A stretch of 64,000 nucleotides of DNA, taken from the human T2T-CHM13v2.0 reference genome, Homo sapiens. The DNA lies in the NCBI RefSeq assembly GCF_009914755.1, contig NC_060928.1. One strand, written 5' to 3'. Position 1 is the first letter of the stretch, and every line of letters begins with the position of its first letter. Both the position numbers and the translations under genes were made by a program. The notes beneath the pieces were generated by a model. That model had not been told where the DNA came from, made no database searches, and saw nothing but the letters and a program-made list of their open reading frames with translations. Of the stretch, positions 1 to 16,252 are shown in pieces.

Positions 1-2384
1 TATTTTATGTACAGTATATAATACATACCTTGGGTACTTTGATATTTTATTTACAGTATATAATATATAGTTTGGGTATTTTGATATTTTATGTACAGTA
101 TATAATACATACTTTGGGTACTTTGATATTTTATGTACAGTATATAATACATACTTTGGGAACTTTGATATTTTATGTACAGTATGTAAAACATACTTTG
201 GGTACTTTGATATTTTATGTACAGTATATAATACATACTATTGGTACTTTGATATTTTATGTACAGTATACAATATATAATTTGGGTAGTTTGATATTTT
301 ATGTACGGTATATAATACATACCTTGGGTACTTTGATATTTTATGTACAGTATACAATATATAGTATGAGTACTTTGATATTTTATGTGGAGTATAAAAT
401 ATATAGTTTTGGTACTTTCATATTTTATATACAGTATATAGTTTGAGTACTTTGATATTTTATGTACAGTTTTTTATAATGTTTGGATGCTTTCATATTT
501 TATGTACAGTATATAATACATACTAAGGGCACTTTGATATTTTATGTACAGTATATAATACATACTTTGGGTACTTTGATATTTTATGTACGTCATATAA
601 TATATAGTTTGGGTACTTTGATATTTTATGTACAGTATATAATGCATACTTTGGATACTTTGATATTTTATGTACAGTATATAATACATACTTTGGGTAC
701 TTTGATATTTTATGGACAGTGTAGAATACATACTTTGTGTACTTTGATATTTTATGTACAATATATAAAATATAGTTTGGGTACATTGATATTTTATATA
801 CAGTATATAATACATACTTTGGGTACTTTGATATTTTGTGTACAGTATATAATACATACTTTGGGTACTTTGATATTTTATGCACAGTATACAATATATA
901 GTTTGAGTACTTTGATATTTTATGTACTGTATAAAATATATACTTTTGGTACTTTGATATTTTATGTACAGTATATAGTTTGAGTACTTTGATATTTTAT
1001 GTACAGTTTGTTAAAAATGTTTGGGTGCTTTCATATTTTATGTACAGTATATAATACATACTTTGGTCACTTTGATATCTTATGTACAGTATATAATACA
1101 TACTTTGGATACTCTGATATTTTATATACAGGGTATAATACATAATTTGTGTACTTTGATATTTTATGTACAGTATATAATACATACGTTAGGTACTTTG
1201 ATATATTATGTACAGTATATAATACATACTTTGGGTACTTTGATATTTTATGTACAGTATATATTCCATAGTTTGTGTACTTTGATATTTTATGTACAGT
1301 ATATAATACATACTTTGGGTACTTTGTTATTTTATGTACAGTATAGAATATATAGTTTGAGTACTTTGTTATTTTATGTCCAGTATAAAATATATAGTTT
1401 TCGTAATTGATATTTTATGTACAGAATATAGTTTGAGTACTTTGATATTTTATGTACACTTTATTATAAATGTTTGGGTACTTTCATATTTTATGTACAG
1501 TATATAATACATACTTTGGTCTCTTTGATGTTTTATGTACAGTATATAATACATACTTTGGGTTCTTTGATATTTTATGAACAGAATATAATGCATAGTT
1601 TTAGGTACTTTTATATTTTATGTACAGTATATAATACATACTTTGGGTACTTTGATATTTTATGTACAGTATATAATACATACTTTGGGAACTTTGATAT
1701 TTTATGTACAGTATGTAATACATACTTTGGGTACTTTGATATTTTATGTACAGTATATAATACATACTATTGGTACTTTTATATTTTATGTACAGTATAC
1801 AATATATAGTTTGAGTACTTTGATATTTTATATCCAGTATAAAATATATAGATTTCATACTTTGATATTTTATGTACTGAATGTAGTTTGAGTACTTTGA
1901 TATTTTATGTACACTTTATTATAAAAGTTTGGGTACTTTCATATTTTACGTACAGTATATAATACATACTTTGGGCACTTTGATGTTTTATGTACAGTAT
2001 ATAATACATACTTTGGGTTCTTTGATATTTTATGTACAGCATATAATACATAATTTGGGGACTTTTATATTTTATGTACATTATATTATACATACTTTGG
2101 GTACTTTTATATTTTATGTACGGTATATAATACATACTTTGGGTACTTTGATATATTATGTACCGTATATAATACATACTTTGGGTACTTTGATATATTA
2201 TGTACAGTATATAATACATACTAAGGGTACTTTGACATTTTATGTACAGTACATAATACTTACTTTGGGTACTTTGATATATTATATACAGTATATAATG
2301 CATACTTTGGATACTTTGATATTTTATGTATAGTATATAATACATACTTTGGGTACTTTGATATTTTATGTACAGTATGTAATA

Positions 2385-4830
2385 CATAATTTGGGTAATT
2401 TAATATTTTATGTATAGTATATAATACATACTTTGGGTACTTTGATATTTTATGGACAGTGTATAATACATACTTTGGGTACTTTGATATTTTATGTACA
2501 GTGTATAATATATAGTTTGGGTACTTTGATATTTTATATACAGTATATAATACATACTTTGGGTACTTTGATATTTTATGTACAGTATATAATATATAGT
2601 TTGGGTACTTTGATATTTTATGTACGGTATATAATACATACTTTGGGTACTTTGATATTTTATTTACAGTATATAATACATGCTTTGGGTACTTTGATAT
2701 TTTATGTACAGTATATAATACATACTTTGGGTACTTTGATATTTTATGTACAGTATACAATATACAGTTTGAGTACTTTGATATATTATGTGCACTATAA
2801 AATATATAGTGTTGGTAGTTTGATATTTTATGTACAGTATATATTTTGAGTACTTTGATATTTTATGTACAGTTTATTATAAATGTTTGGGTACTTTCAT
2901 ATTTGATGTACAGTATATAATACATAATTTGGGCACTTTGATATTTTATGTACAGTATATAATACATACTTTGGGTACCTTTATATTTTATGTACAGTAT
3001 ATAATACATACTTTGGGTACTTTGATATTTAATGTACAGTATATAATACACACTTTGAGTACTTTGATATTTTATGTAACGTATGTAATACATATTTTGG
3101 GTAGTTTGATATTTTATGTACAGTATGTAGTACACACTTTGGGTACTTTGATATTTTATGTACAGTATGTAAAACATACTTTGGGTACTTTGATATTTTA
3201 TGTACAGTATGCAATATATAGTTTGAGTACTTTGATATTTTATGTACAGTTTATTATAAATGTTTGGGTAGTTTCATATTTGATGTACTGTATACAATAC
3301 ATAATTTGGGCACTTTGATATTTTATGTACAGTATATAATACATACTTTGGGTAATTTTATATTTTATGTACAATATATAATACATACTTTGGGTACTTT
3401 GATATTTAATGTACAGTATATAATGCACACTTTGCGTACTGTGATATTTTATGTAAAGTATGTAATACATACTGTGGGTAGTTTGATATTTTATGTACAG
3501 TATGTAATACACACTTTGGGTACTTTGATATTTTATGTATAGTATATAATACATACTTTGGGTACTTTGATATTTTATGTACAGTATGTAATACATAATT
3601 AGGGTAATTTAATATTTTATGTATAGTATATAATACATACTTTGGGTACTTTGATATTTTATGGACAGTGTATAATACATACTTTGGGTACTTTGATATT
3701 TTATGTACAGTGTATAACATATAGTTTGGGTACTTTGATATTTTATATACAGTATATAATACTTACTTTGGGTACTTTGATATTTTATATACAGTATATA
3801 ATATATAGTTTGGGTACTTTGATATTTTATGTACGGTATATAATACATACTTTGGGTACTTTGATATTTTATGTACAGTATATAATACATACTTTGGGTA
3901 CTTTGATATTTTATGTAGAGTATACAATATATAGTTTGAGTACTTTGATATTTTATGTGCAGTATAAAATATATAGTGTTGGTAGTTTGATGTTTTATGT
4001 ACAGTATATATTTTGAGTACTTTGATATTTTATGTACAGTTTATTATAAATGTTTGGGTACTTTCATATGTGATGTACAGTATATAATACATAATTTGGG
4101 CACTTTGATATTTTATGTACAGTATATAATACATACTTTGGGTACTTTTATATTTTATGTACAGTATATAATACATACTTTGGGTACTTTGATATTTAAT
4201 GTACAGTATATAATACACACTTTGCGTACTTTGATATTTTATGTAACGTATGTAATACATACTTTGGGTAGTTTGATATTTTATGTACAGTATGTAGTAC
4301 ACACTTTGGGTACTTTGATATTTTATGTACAGTATGTAAAACATACTTTGGGTACTTTGATATTTTATGTACAGTATATAATATATAGTTTGGGTACTTT
4401 GATATTTTATATACAGTATATAATACATACTTTTGGTACTTTGATATTTTATGTACAGTATATAATACATACTTTGGGTACTTTGATATTTTATGTACAG
4501 TATGCAATATATAGTTTGAGTACTTTGATATTTTATGTACAGTTTATTATAAATGTTTGGGTAGTTTCATATTTGACGTACAGTATATAATACATAATTT
4601 GGGCACTTTGATATTTTATGTACAGTATATAATACATACTTTGGGTAATTTTATATTTTATGTACAGTATATATTACATACTTTGGGTACTTTGATATTT
4701 AATGTACAGTACATAATGCACACTTTGCGTACTGTGATATTTTATGTAAAGTATGTAATACATACTGTGGGTAGTTTGATATTTTATGTACAGTATGTAA
4801 TACACACTTTGGGTACTTTGATATTTTATG
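2385..4830 (+). repeat. Imperfect ~1.2-kb tandem duplication (2 copies, whole-monomer indels)
   Basis: Matching ORF pairs 2433/3642 (1209), 2830/3997 (1167) and 3264/4557 (1293); offsets differ by multiples of 42. Shared variants include GTAACGTATG and TACTGTGATA. Confidence 0.8.
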
Positions 4831-6944
4831 TACTGTATGTAAAACATACTTTGGGTAGTTTGATATTTTATGATGAGTATATAATACACATTTTGGGTAC
4901 TTTGATATTTTATGTACAGTGTATAATACATACTTTGGGTACTTTGATATTTTATGTACAGGATATAATGCATATTTTGGGTACTTTGATAGTTTATGTA
5001 CAGTATATAATACATACTTTGGGTACTTTGATATTTTATGTATAGTATAAAATATATAGTTCGGGTAGTTTGATATTTTATGTACAGTATGTAAAACATA
5101 CTTTGGGGAGTTTGATATTTTATGAACAGTATATAATACACATTTTGTGTACTTTGATATTTTATGTACAGTATATAATACATACTTTGGGTACTTTGAT
5201 ATTTTATGTACAGTATATATTACATACTTTGGGTACTTTGATATTTTATGTACAGTATACAATATATAGTTTGAGTACTTTGATATTTTATGTACTGTAT
5301 AAAATATATAGTTTTGGTAGTTTGATGTTTTATGTACAGTATATATTTTGAGTACTTTGATATTTTATGTACAGTTTATTATAAATGTTTCGGTACTTTC
5401 ATATTTTACGTACAGTATATAATACATACTTTGGGCACTTTGATGTTTTATGTACAGTATATAATACATACTTTGGGTTCTTTCATATTTTATGTACACC
5501 ATATAATACATAATTTGGGGACTTTTATATTTTATGTACATTATATTATACATACTTTGGGTACTTTTATTTTTTATGTACGGTATATAATACATACTTT
5601 GGGTACTTTGATATATTATGTACAGTATATAATACATACTTTGGGTACTTTGATATATTATGTACAGTATATAATACATACTAAGGGTACTTTGACATTT
5701 TATGTACAGTACATAATACATACTTTGGGTACTTTGATATTTTATGTACAGTATATAATGCATACTTTGGATACTTTTATATTTTATGTACAGTATATAA
5801 TACATAGTTTGGGTACTTTGATATTTTATGTACAGTATGTAATACATAATTTGGGTACTTTAATATTTTATGTATAGTATATAATACATACTTTGGGTAC
5901 TTTGATATTTTATGGACAGTGTATAATACATACTTTGGGTACTTTGATATTTTGTGTACAGTATATAATATATAGTTTGGGTACTTTGACATTTTATATA
6001 CAGTATATAATACATACTTTGGGTACTTTGATATTTTGTGTACAGTATATAATACATACTTTTGGTACTTTGATATTTTATGCACAGTATACAATATATA
6101 GTTTGAGTACTTTGATATTTTATGTACTGTATAAAATATATAGTTTTGGTACTTTGATATTTTATGTACAGTATATAGTTTGAGTACTTTGATATTTTAT
6201 GTACAGTTTGTTAAAAATGTTTGGGTGCTTTCATATTTTATGTACAGTATATAATACATACTTTGGGCACTTTGATATGTTATGTACAGTATATAATACA
6301 TATTTTGGGTACTCTGACATTTTATGTACAGTGTATAATACATAATTTGTGTACTTTGATATTTTATGTACAGTATATAATACATACGTTGGGTACTTTG
6401 ATATATTATGTACAGTATATAATACATACTTTGGGTACTTTGATATTTTATGTACAGTATATAATCCATAGTTTGTGTACTTTGATATTTTATGTACAGT
6501 ATATAATACATACTTTGGGTACTTTGATATTTTATGTACAGTATATAATACATACTTTGGGTACTTTCATGTTTTATGTACAGTATATAATATATAGTTT
6601 GGGTACTTTGATATTTTATGTACGGTATATAATACATACTTTGGGTACTTTGATATTTTATGTACAGTATATAATACATAATTTGGGTACTTTGATATTT
6701 TATGTACAGTATACAATATATAGTTTGAGTACTTTGATATTTTATGTGCAGTATAAAATATATAGTGTTGGTAGTTTGATGTTTTATGTACAGTATATAT
6801 TTTGAGTACTTTGATATTTTATGTACGGTATATAATACATACTTTGGGAACTTTGATATTTTATGTACAGTATGTAAAACATACTTTGGGTACTTTGATA
6901 TTTTATGTACAGGATATAATGCATACTTTGGGTACTTTGATAGT

Positions 6945-9900
6945 TTATGTACAGTATATAATACATACTTTGGGTACTTTGATATTTTATGTATAGTATA
7001 AAATATATAGTTTGGGTACTTTGATATTTTATGTACAGTATGTAAAAGATACTTTGGGGAGTTTGATATTATATGTACAGTATGTAAAACATACTTTGGG
7101 GAGTTTGATATTTTATGAACAGTATATAATACACATTTTGTGTACTTTGATATTTTATGTACAGTATATAATACAAACTTTGGGTTCTTTGATATTTTAT
7201 GTACAGAATATAATGCATAGTTTTAGGTACTTTTATATTTTATGTACAGTATATAATACATATTTTGGGTACTTTGATATTTTATGTACAGTATATAATA
7301 CATACTTTGGGAACTTTGATATTTTATGTACAGTATGTAATACATACTTTGGGTACTTTGATATTTTATGTACAGTATATAATACATACTATTGGTACTT
7401 TGATATTTTATGTACAGTATACAATATATAGTTTGAGTACTTTGATATTTTATGTCCAGTATAAAATATATAGATTTCATACTTTGATATTTTTGTACTG
7501 AATGTAGTTTGAGCACTTTGATATTTTATGTACACTTTATTATAAAAGTTTGGGTACTTTGATATTTTACGTACAGTATATAATACATAATTTGGGCACT
7601 TTGATGTTTTATGTACAGTATATAATACATACTTTGGGTTCTTTGATATTTTATGTACAGCATATAATACATAATTTGGGGACTTTTATATTTTATGTAC
7701 ATTATATTATACATACTTTGGGTACTTTTATATTTTATGTACGGTATATAATACACACTTTGGGTACTTTGATATATTATGTACAGTATATAATACATAC
7801 TTTGGGTACTTTGATATATTATGTACAGTATATAATACATACTAAGGGTACTTTGACATTTTATGTACAGTACATAATACATACTTTGGGTACTTTGATA
7901 TTTTATGTACAGTATATAATGCATACTTTGGATACTTTGATATTTTATGTACAGTATATAATACATTCTTTGGGTACTTTTATATTTTATGTACAGTATA
8001 TAATATATAGTTTGGGTACTTTGATATTTTATGTACGGTATATAATACATACTTTGGGTACTTTGATATTTTATGTACAGTATATAATACATACTTTGGG
8101 TACTCTGATATTTTATGTACAGTATAAAATATATAGTTTGAGTACTTTGATATTTTATGTACTGTATAAAATATATAGTTTTCGTACTTTGATATTTTAT
8201 GTACAGTATATAGTTTGAGTACTTTGATATTTTATGTACCGTTTTTTATAAATGTTTGGGTGCTTTCATATTTTATGTACAGTATATAATACATAAAAAG
8301 GGCACTTTGATATTTTATGTACAGTATATAATACATACTTTGGGTACTCTGATATTTTATGTACAGTGTATAATACATACTTTGGGTACTTTGATATTTT
8401 ATGTACAATATATAATACATACGTTGGGAACTTTGATATATTATGTACAGTATATAATACATACTTTGGGTACTTTGATATTTTATCTACAGTATACAAC
8501 ACATAGTTTGTGTACTTTGATATTTTATGTACAGTATATAATACATACTTTGGGTACTTTGATATTTTATGTATAGTATATAATACATACTTTGGGTACT
8601 TTCATATTTTATGTACAGTATATAATGCATAGTTTGGTTACTTTGATATTTTATCTACAGCTTATAATACATACTTTGGATAGTTTGATACTTTATGTAC
8701 AGTATATAATACATACTTTGGGTACTTTGATATTTTATGTACAGTATACAATATATAGTTTGAGTACTTTGATATTTTATGTGCAGTATAAAATATATAG
8801 TTTTGGTACTTTCATATTTTATGTACAGTATATAGTTTGAGTACTTTGATATTTTATGTACAGTTTTTTATAAATGTTTGGGTGCTTTCATATTTTATGT
8901 ACAGTATATAATACATACTAAGGGCACTTTGATATTTTATGTACAGTATATAATACATACTTTGGGTACTTTGATATTTTATGTATAGTATAAAATATAT
9001 AGTTTGGGTACTTTGATATTTTATGTACAGTATGTAAAAGATACTTTGGGGAGTTTGATATTATATGTACAGTATGTAAAACATACTTTGGGGAGTTTGA
9101 TATTTTATGAACAGTATATAATACACATTTTGTGTACTTTGATATTTTATGTACAGTATATAATACAAACTTTGGGTTCTTTGATATTTTATGTACAGAA
9201 TATAATGCATAGTTTTAGGTACTTTTATATTTTATGTACAGTATATAATACATATTTTGGGTACTTTGATATTTTATGTACAGTATATAATACATACTTT
9301 GGGTACTTTGATATTTTATGTACAGTATGTAATACATACTTTGGGTACTTTGATATTTTATGTACAGTATATAATACATACTATTGGTACTTTGATATTT
9401 TATGTACAGTATACAATATATAGTTTGAGTACTTTGATATTTTATGTCCAGTATAAAATATATAGATTTCATACTTTGATATTTTTGTACTGAATGTAGT
9501 TTGAGCACTTTGATATTTTATGTACACTTTATTATAAAAGTTTGGGTACTTTGATATTTTACGTACAGTATATAATACATAATTTGGGCACTTTGATGTT
9601 TTATGTACAGTATATAATACATACTTTGGGTTCTTTGATATTTTATGTACAGCATATAATACATAATTTGGGGACTTTTATATTTTATGTACATTATATT
9701 ATACATACTTTGGGTACTTTTATATTTTATGTACGGTATATAATACACACTTTGGGTACTTTGATATATTATGTACAGTATATAATACATACTTTGGGTA
9801 CTTTGATATATTATGTACAGTATATAATACATACTAAGGGTACTTTGACATTTTATGTACAGTACATAATACATACTTTGGGTACTTTGATATTTTATGT

Positions 9901-10975
9901 ACAGTATATAATGCATACTTTGGATACTTTGATATTTTATGTACAGTATATAATACATTCTTTGGGTACTTTTATATTTTATGTACAGTATATAATATAT
10001 AGTTTGGGTACTTTGATATTTTATGTACGGTATATAATACATACTTTGGGTACTTTGATATTTTATGTACAGTATATAATACATACTTTGGGTACTCTGA
10101 TATTTTATGTACAGTATAAAATATATAGTTTGAGTACTTTGATATTTTATGTACTGTATAAAATATATAGTTTTCGTACTTTGATATTTTATGTACAGTA
10201 TATAGTTTGAGTACTTTGATATTTTATGTACCGTTTTTAATAAATGTTTGGGTGCTTTCATATTTTATGTACAGTATATAATACATAAAAAGGGCACTTT
10301 GATATTTTATGTACAGTATATAATACATACTTTGGGTACTCTGATATTTTATGTACAGTGTATAATACATACTTTGGGTACTTTGATATTTTATGTACAA
10401 TATATAATACATACGTTGGGAACTTTGATATATTATGTACAGTATATAATACATACTTTGGGTACTTTGATATTTTATCTACAGTATACAACACATAGTT
10501 TGTGTACTTTGATATTTTATGTACAGTATATAATACATACTTTGGGTACTTTGATATTTTATGTACAGTATATAATACATACTTTGGGTACTTTCATATT
10601 TTATGTACAGTATATAATGCATAGTTTGGTTACTTTGATATTTTATCTACAGCTTATAATACATACTTTGGATAGTTTGATACTTTATGTACAGTATATA
10701 ATACATACTTTGGGTACTTTGATATTTTATGTACAGTATACAATATATAGTTTGAGTACTTTGATATTTTATGTGCAGTATAAAATATATAGTTTTGGTA
10801 CTTTCATATTTTATGTACAGTATATAGTTTGAGTACTTTGATATTTTATGTACAGTTTTTTATAAATGTTTGGGTGCTTTCATATTTTATGTACAGTATA
10901 TAATACATACTAAGGGCACTTTGATATTTTATGTACAGTATATAATACATACTTTGGGTACTTTGATATTTTATT
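6945..10975 (+). repeat. Near-identical tandem duplication, 1,992-bp unit (48 monomers)
   Basis: Constant offset of 1992 for ORFs 7012/9004, 7223/9215, 7550/9542 and 8256/10248. Shared private variants: AAAGATACT, CATAAAAAGGGC, GTACCGTTTT. Confidence 0.92.
8735..8930 (+). repeat. Example of the recurrent junction cassette (ordered divergent monomers including 35-bp and 41-bp truncated monomers); roughly 70 copies in the window
   Basis: Fixed order: ...TACAATATATAGTTTGAG / ...TATAAAATATATAGTTTTGG / GTACAGTATATAGTTTGA (7-bp deletion) / GTACAGTTT(A/T)TTATAAATGTTTGG (1-bp deletion) / CTTTCAT / GGGCACT. Spacings between ORF stops fit 42n-8: 8218->8840 = 622, 10832->11328 = 496, 18268->18722 = 454. 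Confidence 0.9.
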
Positions 10976-13900
10976 TACGTCATATAATATATAGTTTGGG
11001 TACTTTGATATTTTATGTACAGAATATAATACATACCTTGGGTACTTTGATATTTTATGTACAGTATATAATATATAGTTTGGGTATTTTGATATTTTAT
11101 GTACAGTATATAATACATACTTTGGGTACTTTGATATTTTATGTACAGTATATAATACATACTTTGGGAACTTTGATATTTTATGTACAGTATGTAAAAC
11201 ATACTTTGGGTACTTTGATATTTTATGTACAGTATATAATACTTACTATTGGTACTTTGATATTTTATGTCCAGTATAAAATATATAGATTTCGTACTTT
11301 GATATTTTATGTACAGAATATAGTTTGAGTACTTTGATATTTTATGTACAATTTATTATAAAAGTTTGGGTACTTTCATATTTTACGTACAGTATATAAT
11401 ACATACTTTGGGCACTTTGATGTTTTATGTACAGTATATAATACATACTTTAGGTTCTTTTATATTTTATGTACAGCATATACTACAAAATTTGGGGACT
11501 TTTATATTTTATGTACATTATATAATACATACTTTGGGTACTTTTATATTTTATGTACGGTATATAATACATACTTTGGGTACTTTGATATATTATGTAC
11601 AGTATATAATACATACTTTGGGTAATTTGATATATTATGTACAGTATATAATACATACTTAGGGTACTTTGACATTTATGTACAGTATATAATACATACT
11701 TTGGGTACTTTGATATTTTATGAACAGTATATAATACATACTTTGGGTACTTTGATATTTTATGTACTGTATATAATACATACTTTGGGTACTTGTATAT
11801 TTTATGTACAGTATATAATATATAGTTTGGGTACTTTGATATTTTATGTACGGTATATAATACATACTTTGGGTACTTTGATATTTTATGTATAGTATAT
11901 AATACATACTTTGGGTACTTTGATATTGTATGTACAGTATACAATACATAGTTTGAGTACTTTGATATTTTATGTACTGTATAAAATATATAGTTTTGGT
12001 ACTTTGATATTTTATGTATAGTATATAGTTTGAGTACTTTTATATTTTATGTACAGTTTTTTATAAATATTTGGGTGCTTTCATATTTTATGTACAGTAG
12101 ATAATACATACTAAGCGCACTTTGATATTTTATGTACAGTATATAATACATACTTTGGTTACTCTGATATTTTATGTACAGTGTATAATACATACTTTGG
12201 GTACTTTGATATTTTATGTACAATATATAATACATACGTTGGGAACTTTGATATATTATGTACATTATATAATTCATACTTTGGGTACTTTGATACTTTA
12301 TGTACAGTATATAATACATAGTTTGTGTACTTTGATATTTTATGTACAGTATATAATACATACTTTGGGTACTTTGATATTTTATATACAGTATATAATA
12401 CATACTTTGGGTACTTTCATATTTTATGTACAGTATATAATATATAGTTTGGGTACTTTGATATTTTATCTACAGCTTATAATACATACTTTGGGTACTT
12501 TGATATTTTATGTACAGTATATAATACATACTTTGGGTAGTTTGATATTTTATGTACAGTATACGATATATAGTTTGAGTACTTTGATATTTTATGTGCA
12601 CTATAAAATATATAGTTTTGGTACTTTGATATTTTATGTACAGTTTATAGTTTGAGTACTTTGATATTTTATGTACAGTTTATTATAAATGTTTGGGTAC
12701 TTTCATATTTGATGTACAGTATATAATACATAATTTGGGGACTTTGATATTTTATGTACAGTATATAATACATACTTTGGGTACTTTTCTATTTTATGTA
12801 CAGTATATAATACATACTTTGGGTACTTTGATATTTAATGTACAGTATATAATACACACTTTCCGTACTTTGATATTTTATGTAAAGCATGTAATACATA
12901 CTTTGGGCAGTTTGATATTTTATGTACAGTATGTAATACACACTTTGGGTACTTTGATATTTTATGTACAGTATGTAAAACATACTTTGGGTAGTTTGAT
13001 ATATTATGTACAGTATATAATGCATACTTTGGGTACTCTGATATTTTATGTACAGTGTATAATACGTACTTTGGGTACTTTGATATTTTATGTACAGTAT
13101 ATAATACATACATTGGGTACTTTGATATATTATGTACAGTATATAATACTTACTTGGGGTACTTTGATATTTTATGTACAGTATATAATACATACTTTGT
13201 GTACTTTGATATTTTATGTACAGTATATAATACATACTTTGGGTACTTTGTTATTTTATGTACAGTATATAATACATACTTTGGGTATCTTGATATTTTA
13301 TGTACAGTATATAATGCATACTTTGGGTACTTTGATATTTTATGTACAGTATATAATGCATACTTTGAGTACTTTGATATTTTATGTACAGTATGTAATA
13401 CATACTTTGGGTACTTTGATATTTTATGTATAGTATATAATACATACTTTGTGTAGTTTGATATTTTATGTACAGTATACAATATATAGTTTGAGTACTT
13501 TGATATTTTATGTGCAGTATAAAATATATAGTTTTGGTACTTTCATATTTTATGTACAGTATATAGTTTGAGTACTTTGATATTTTATGTACAGTTTTTT
13601 ATAAATGTTTGGGTGCTTTCATATTTTATGTACAGTATATAATACATACTAAGGGCACTTTGATATTTTATGTACAGTATATAATACATACTTTGGGTAC
13701 TTTGATATTTTATGTACGTCATATAATATATAGTTTGGGTACTTTGATATTTTATGTACAGAATATAATACATACCTTGGGTACTTTGATATTTTATGTA
13801 CAGTATATAATATATAGTTTGGGTATTTTGATATTTTATGTACAGTATATAATACATACTTTGGGTACTTTGATATTTTATGTACAGTATATAATACATA

Positions 13901-16252
13901 CTTTGGGAACTTTGATATTTTATGTACAGTATGTAAAACATACTTTGGGTACTTTGATATTTTATGTACAGTATATAATACTTACTATTGGTACTTTGAT
14001 ATTTTATGTCCAGTATAAAATATATAGATTTCGTACTTTGATATTTTATGTACAGAATATAGTTTGAGTACTTTGATATTTTATGTACAATTTATTATAA
14101 AAGTTTGGGTACTTTCATATTTTACGTACAGTATATAATACATACTTTGGGCACTTTGATGTTTTATGTACAGTATATAATACATACTTTAGGTTCTTTT
14201 ATATTTTATGTACAGCATATACTACAAAATTTGGGGACTTTTATATTTTATGTACATTATATAATACATACTTTGGGTACTTTTATATTTTATGTACGGT
14301 ATATAATACATACTTTGGGTACTTTGATATATTATGTACAGTATATAATACATACTTTGGGTAATTTGATATATTATGTACAGTATATAATACATACTTA
14401 GGGTACTTTGACATTTATGTACAGTATATAATACATACTTTGGGTACTTTGATATTTTATGAACAGTATATAATACATACTTTGGGTACTTTGATATTTT
14501 ATGTACTGTATATAATACATACTTTGGGTACTTGTATATTTTATGTACAGTATATAATATATAGTTTGGGTACTTTGATATTTTATGTACGGTATATAAT
14601 ACATACTTTGGGTACTTTGATATTTTATGTATAGTATATAATACATACTTTGGGTACTTTGATATTGTATGTACAGTATACAATACATAGTTTGAGTACT
14701 TTGATATTTTATGTACTGTATAAAATATATAGTTTTGGTACTTTGATATTTTATGTATAGTATATAGTTTGAGTACTTTTATATTTTATGTACAGTTTTT
14801 TATAAATATTTGGGTGCTTTCATATTTTATGTACAGTAGATAATACATACTAAGCGCACTTTGATATTTTATGTACAGTATATAATACATACTTTGGTTA
14901 CTCTGATATTTTATGTACAGTGTATAATACATACTTTGGGTACTTTGATATTTTATGTACAATATATAATACATACGTTGGGAACTTTGATATATTATGT
15001 ACATTATATAATTCATACTTTGGGTACTTTGATACTTTATGTACAGTATATAATACATAGTTTGTGTACTTTGATATTTTATGTACAGTATATAATACAT
15101 ACTTTGGGTACTTTGATATTTTATATACAGTATATAATACATACTTTGGGTACTTTCATATTTTATGTACAGTATATAATATATAGTTTGGGTACTTTGA
15201 TATTTTATCTACAGCTTATAATACATACTTTGGGTACTTTGATATTTTATGTACAGTATATAATACATACTTTGGGTAGTTTGATATTTTATGTACAGTA
15301 TACGATATATAGTTTGAGTACTTTGATATTTTATGTGCACTATAAAATATATAGTTTTGGTACTTTGATATTTTATGTACAGTTTATAGTTTGAGTACTT
15401 TGATATTTTATGTACAGTTTATTATAAATGTTTGGGTACTTTCATATTTGATGTACAGTATATAATACATAATTTGGGGACTTTGATATTTTATGTACAG
15501 TATATAATACATACTTTGGGTACTTTTCTATTTTATGTACAGTATATAATACATACTTTGGGTACTTTGATATTTAATGTACAGTATATAATACACACTT
15601 TCCGTACTTTGATATTTTATGTAAAGCATGTAATACATACTTTGGGCAGTTTGATATTTTATGTACAGTATGTAATACACACTTTGGGTACTTTGATATT
15701 TTATGTACAGTATGTAAAACATACTTTGGGTAGTTTGATATATTATGTACAGTATATAATGCATACTTTGGGTACTCTGATATTTTATGTACAGTGTATA
15801 ATACGTACTTTGGGTACTTTGATATTTTATGTACAGTATATAATACATACATTGGGTACTTTGATATATTATGTACAGTATATAATACTTACTTGGGGTA
15901 CTTTGATATTTTATGTACAGTATATAATACATACTTTGTGTACTTTGATATTTTATGTACAGTATATAATACATACTTTGGGTACTTTGTTATTTTATGT
16001 ACAGTATATAATACATACTTTGGGTATCTTGATATTTTATGTACAGTATATAATGCATACTTTGGGTACTTTGATATTTTATGTACAGTATATAATGCAT
16101 ACTTTGAGTACTTTGATATTTTATGTACAGTATGTAATACATACTTTGGGTACTTTGATATTTTATGTATAGTATATAATACATACTTTGTGTAGTTTGA
16201 TATTTTATGTACAGTATACAATATATAGTTTGAGTACTTTGATATTTTATGT
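10718..16252 (+). repeat. Near-identical tandem duplication, 2,739-bp unit (66 monomers)
   Basis: Constant offset of 2739 for ORFs 10870/13609, 11366/14105, 12693/15432 and 13251/15990, with essentially identical translations. 66x42 - 4x8 - 1 = 2739; the shared 1-bp deletion GACATTTATG lies at ~11671 and ~14410. Confidence 0.93.

Noticed and set aside
390-400. TATAAA TATA-box-like motifs in cassette monomers
   Set aside because: Expected by chance at ~76% AT, with no other promoter context.
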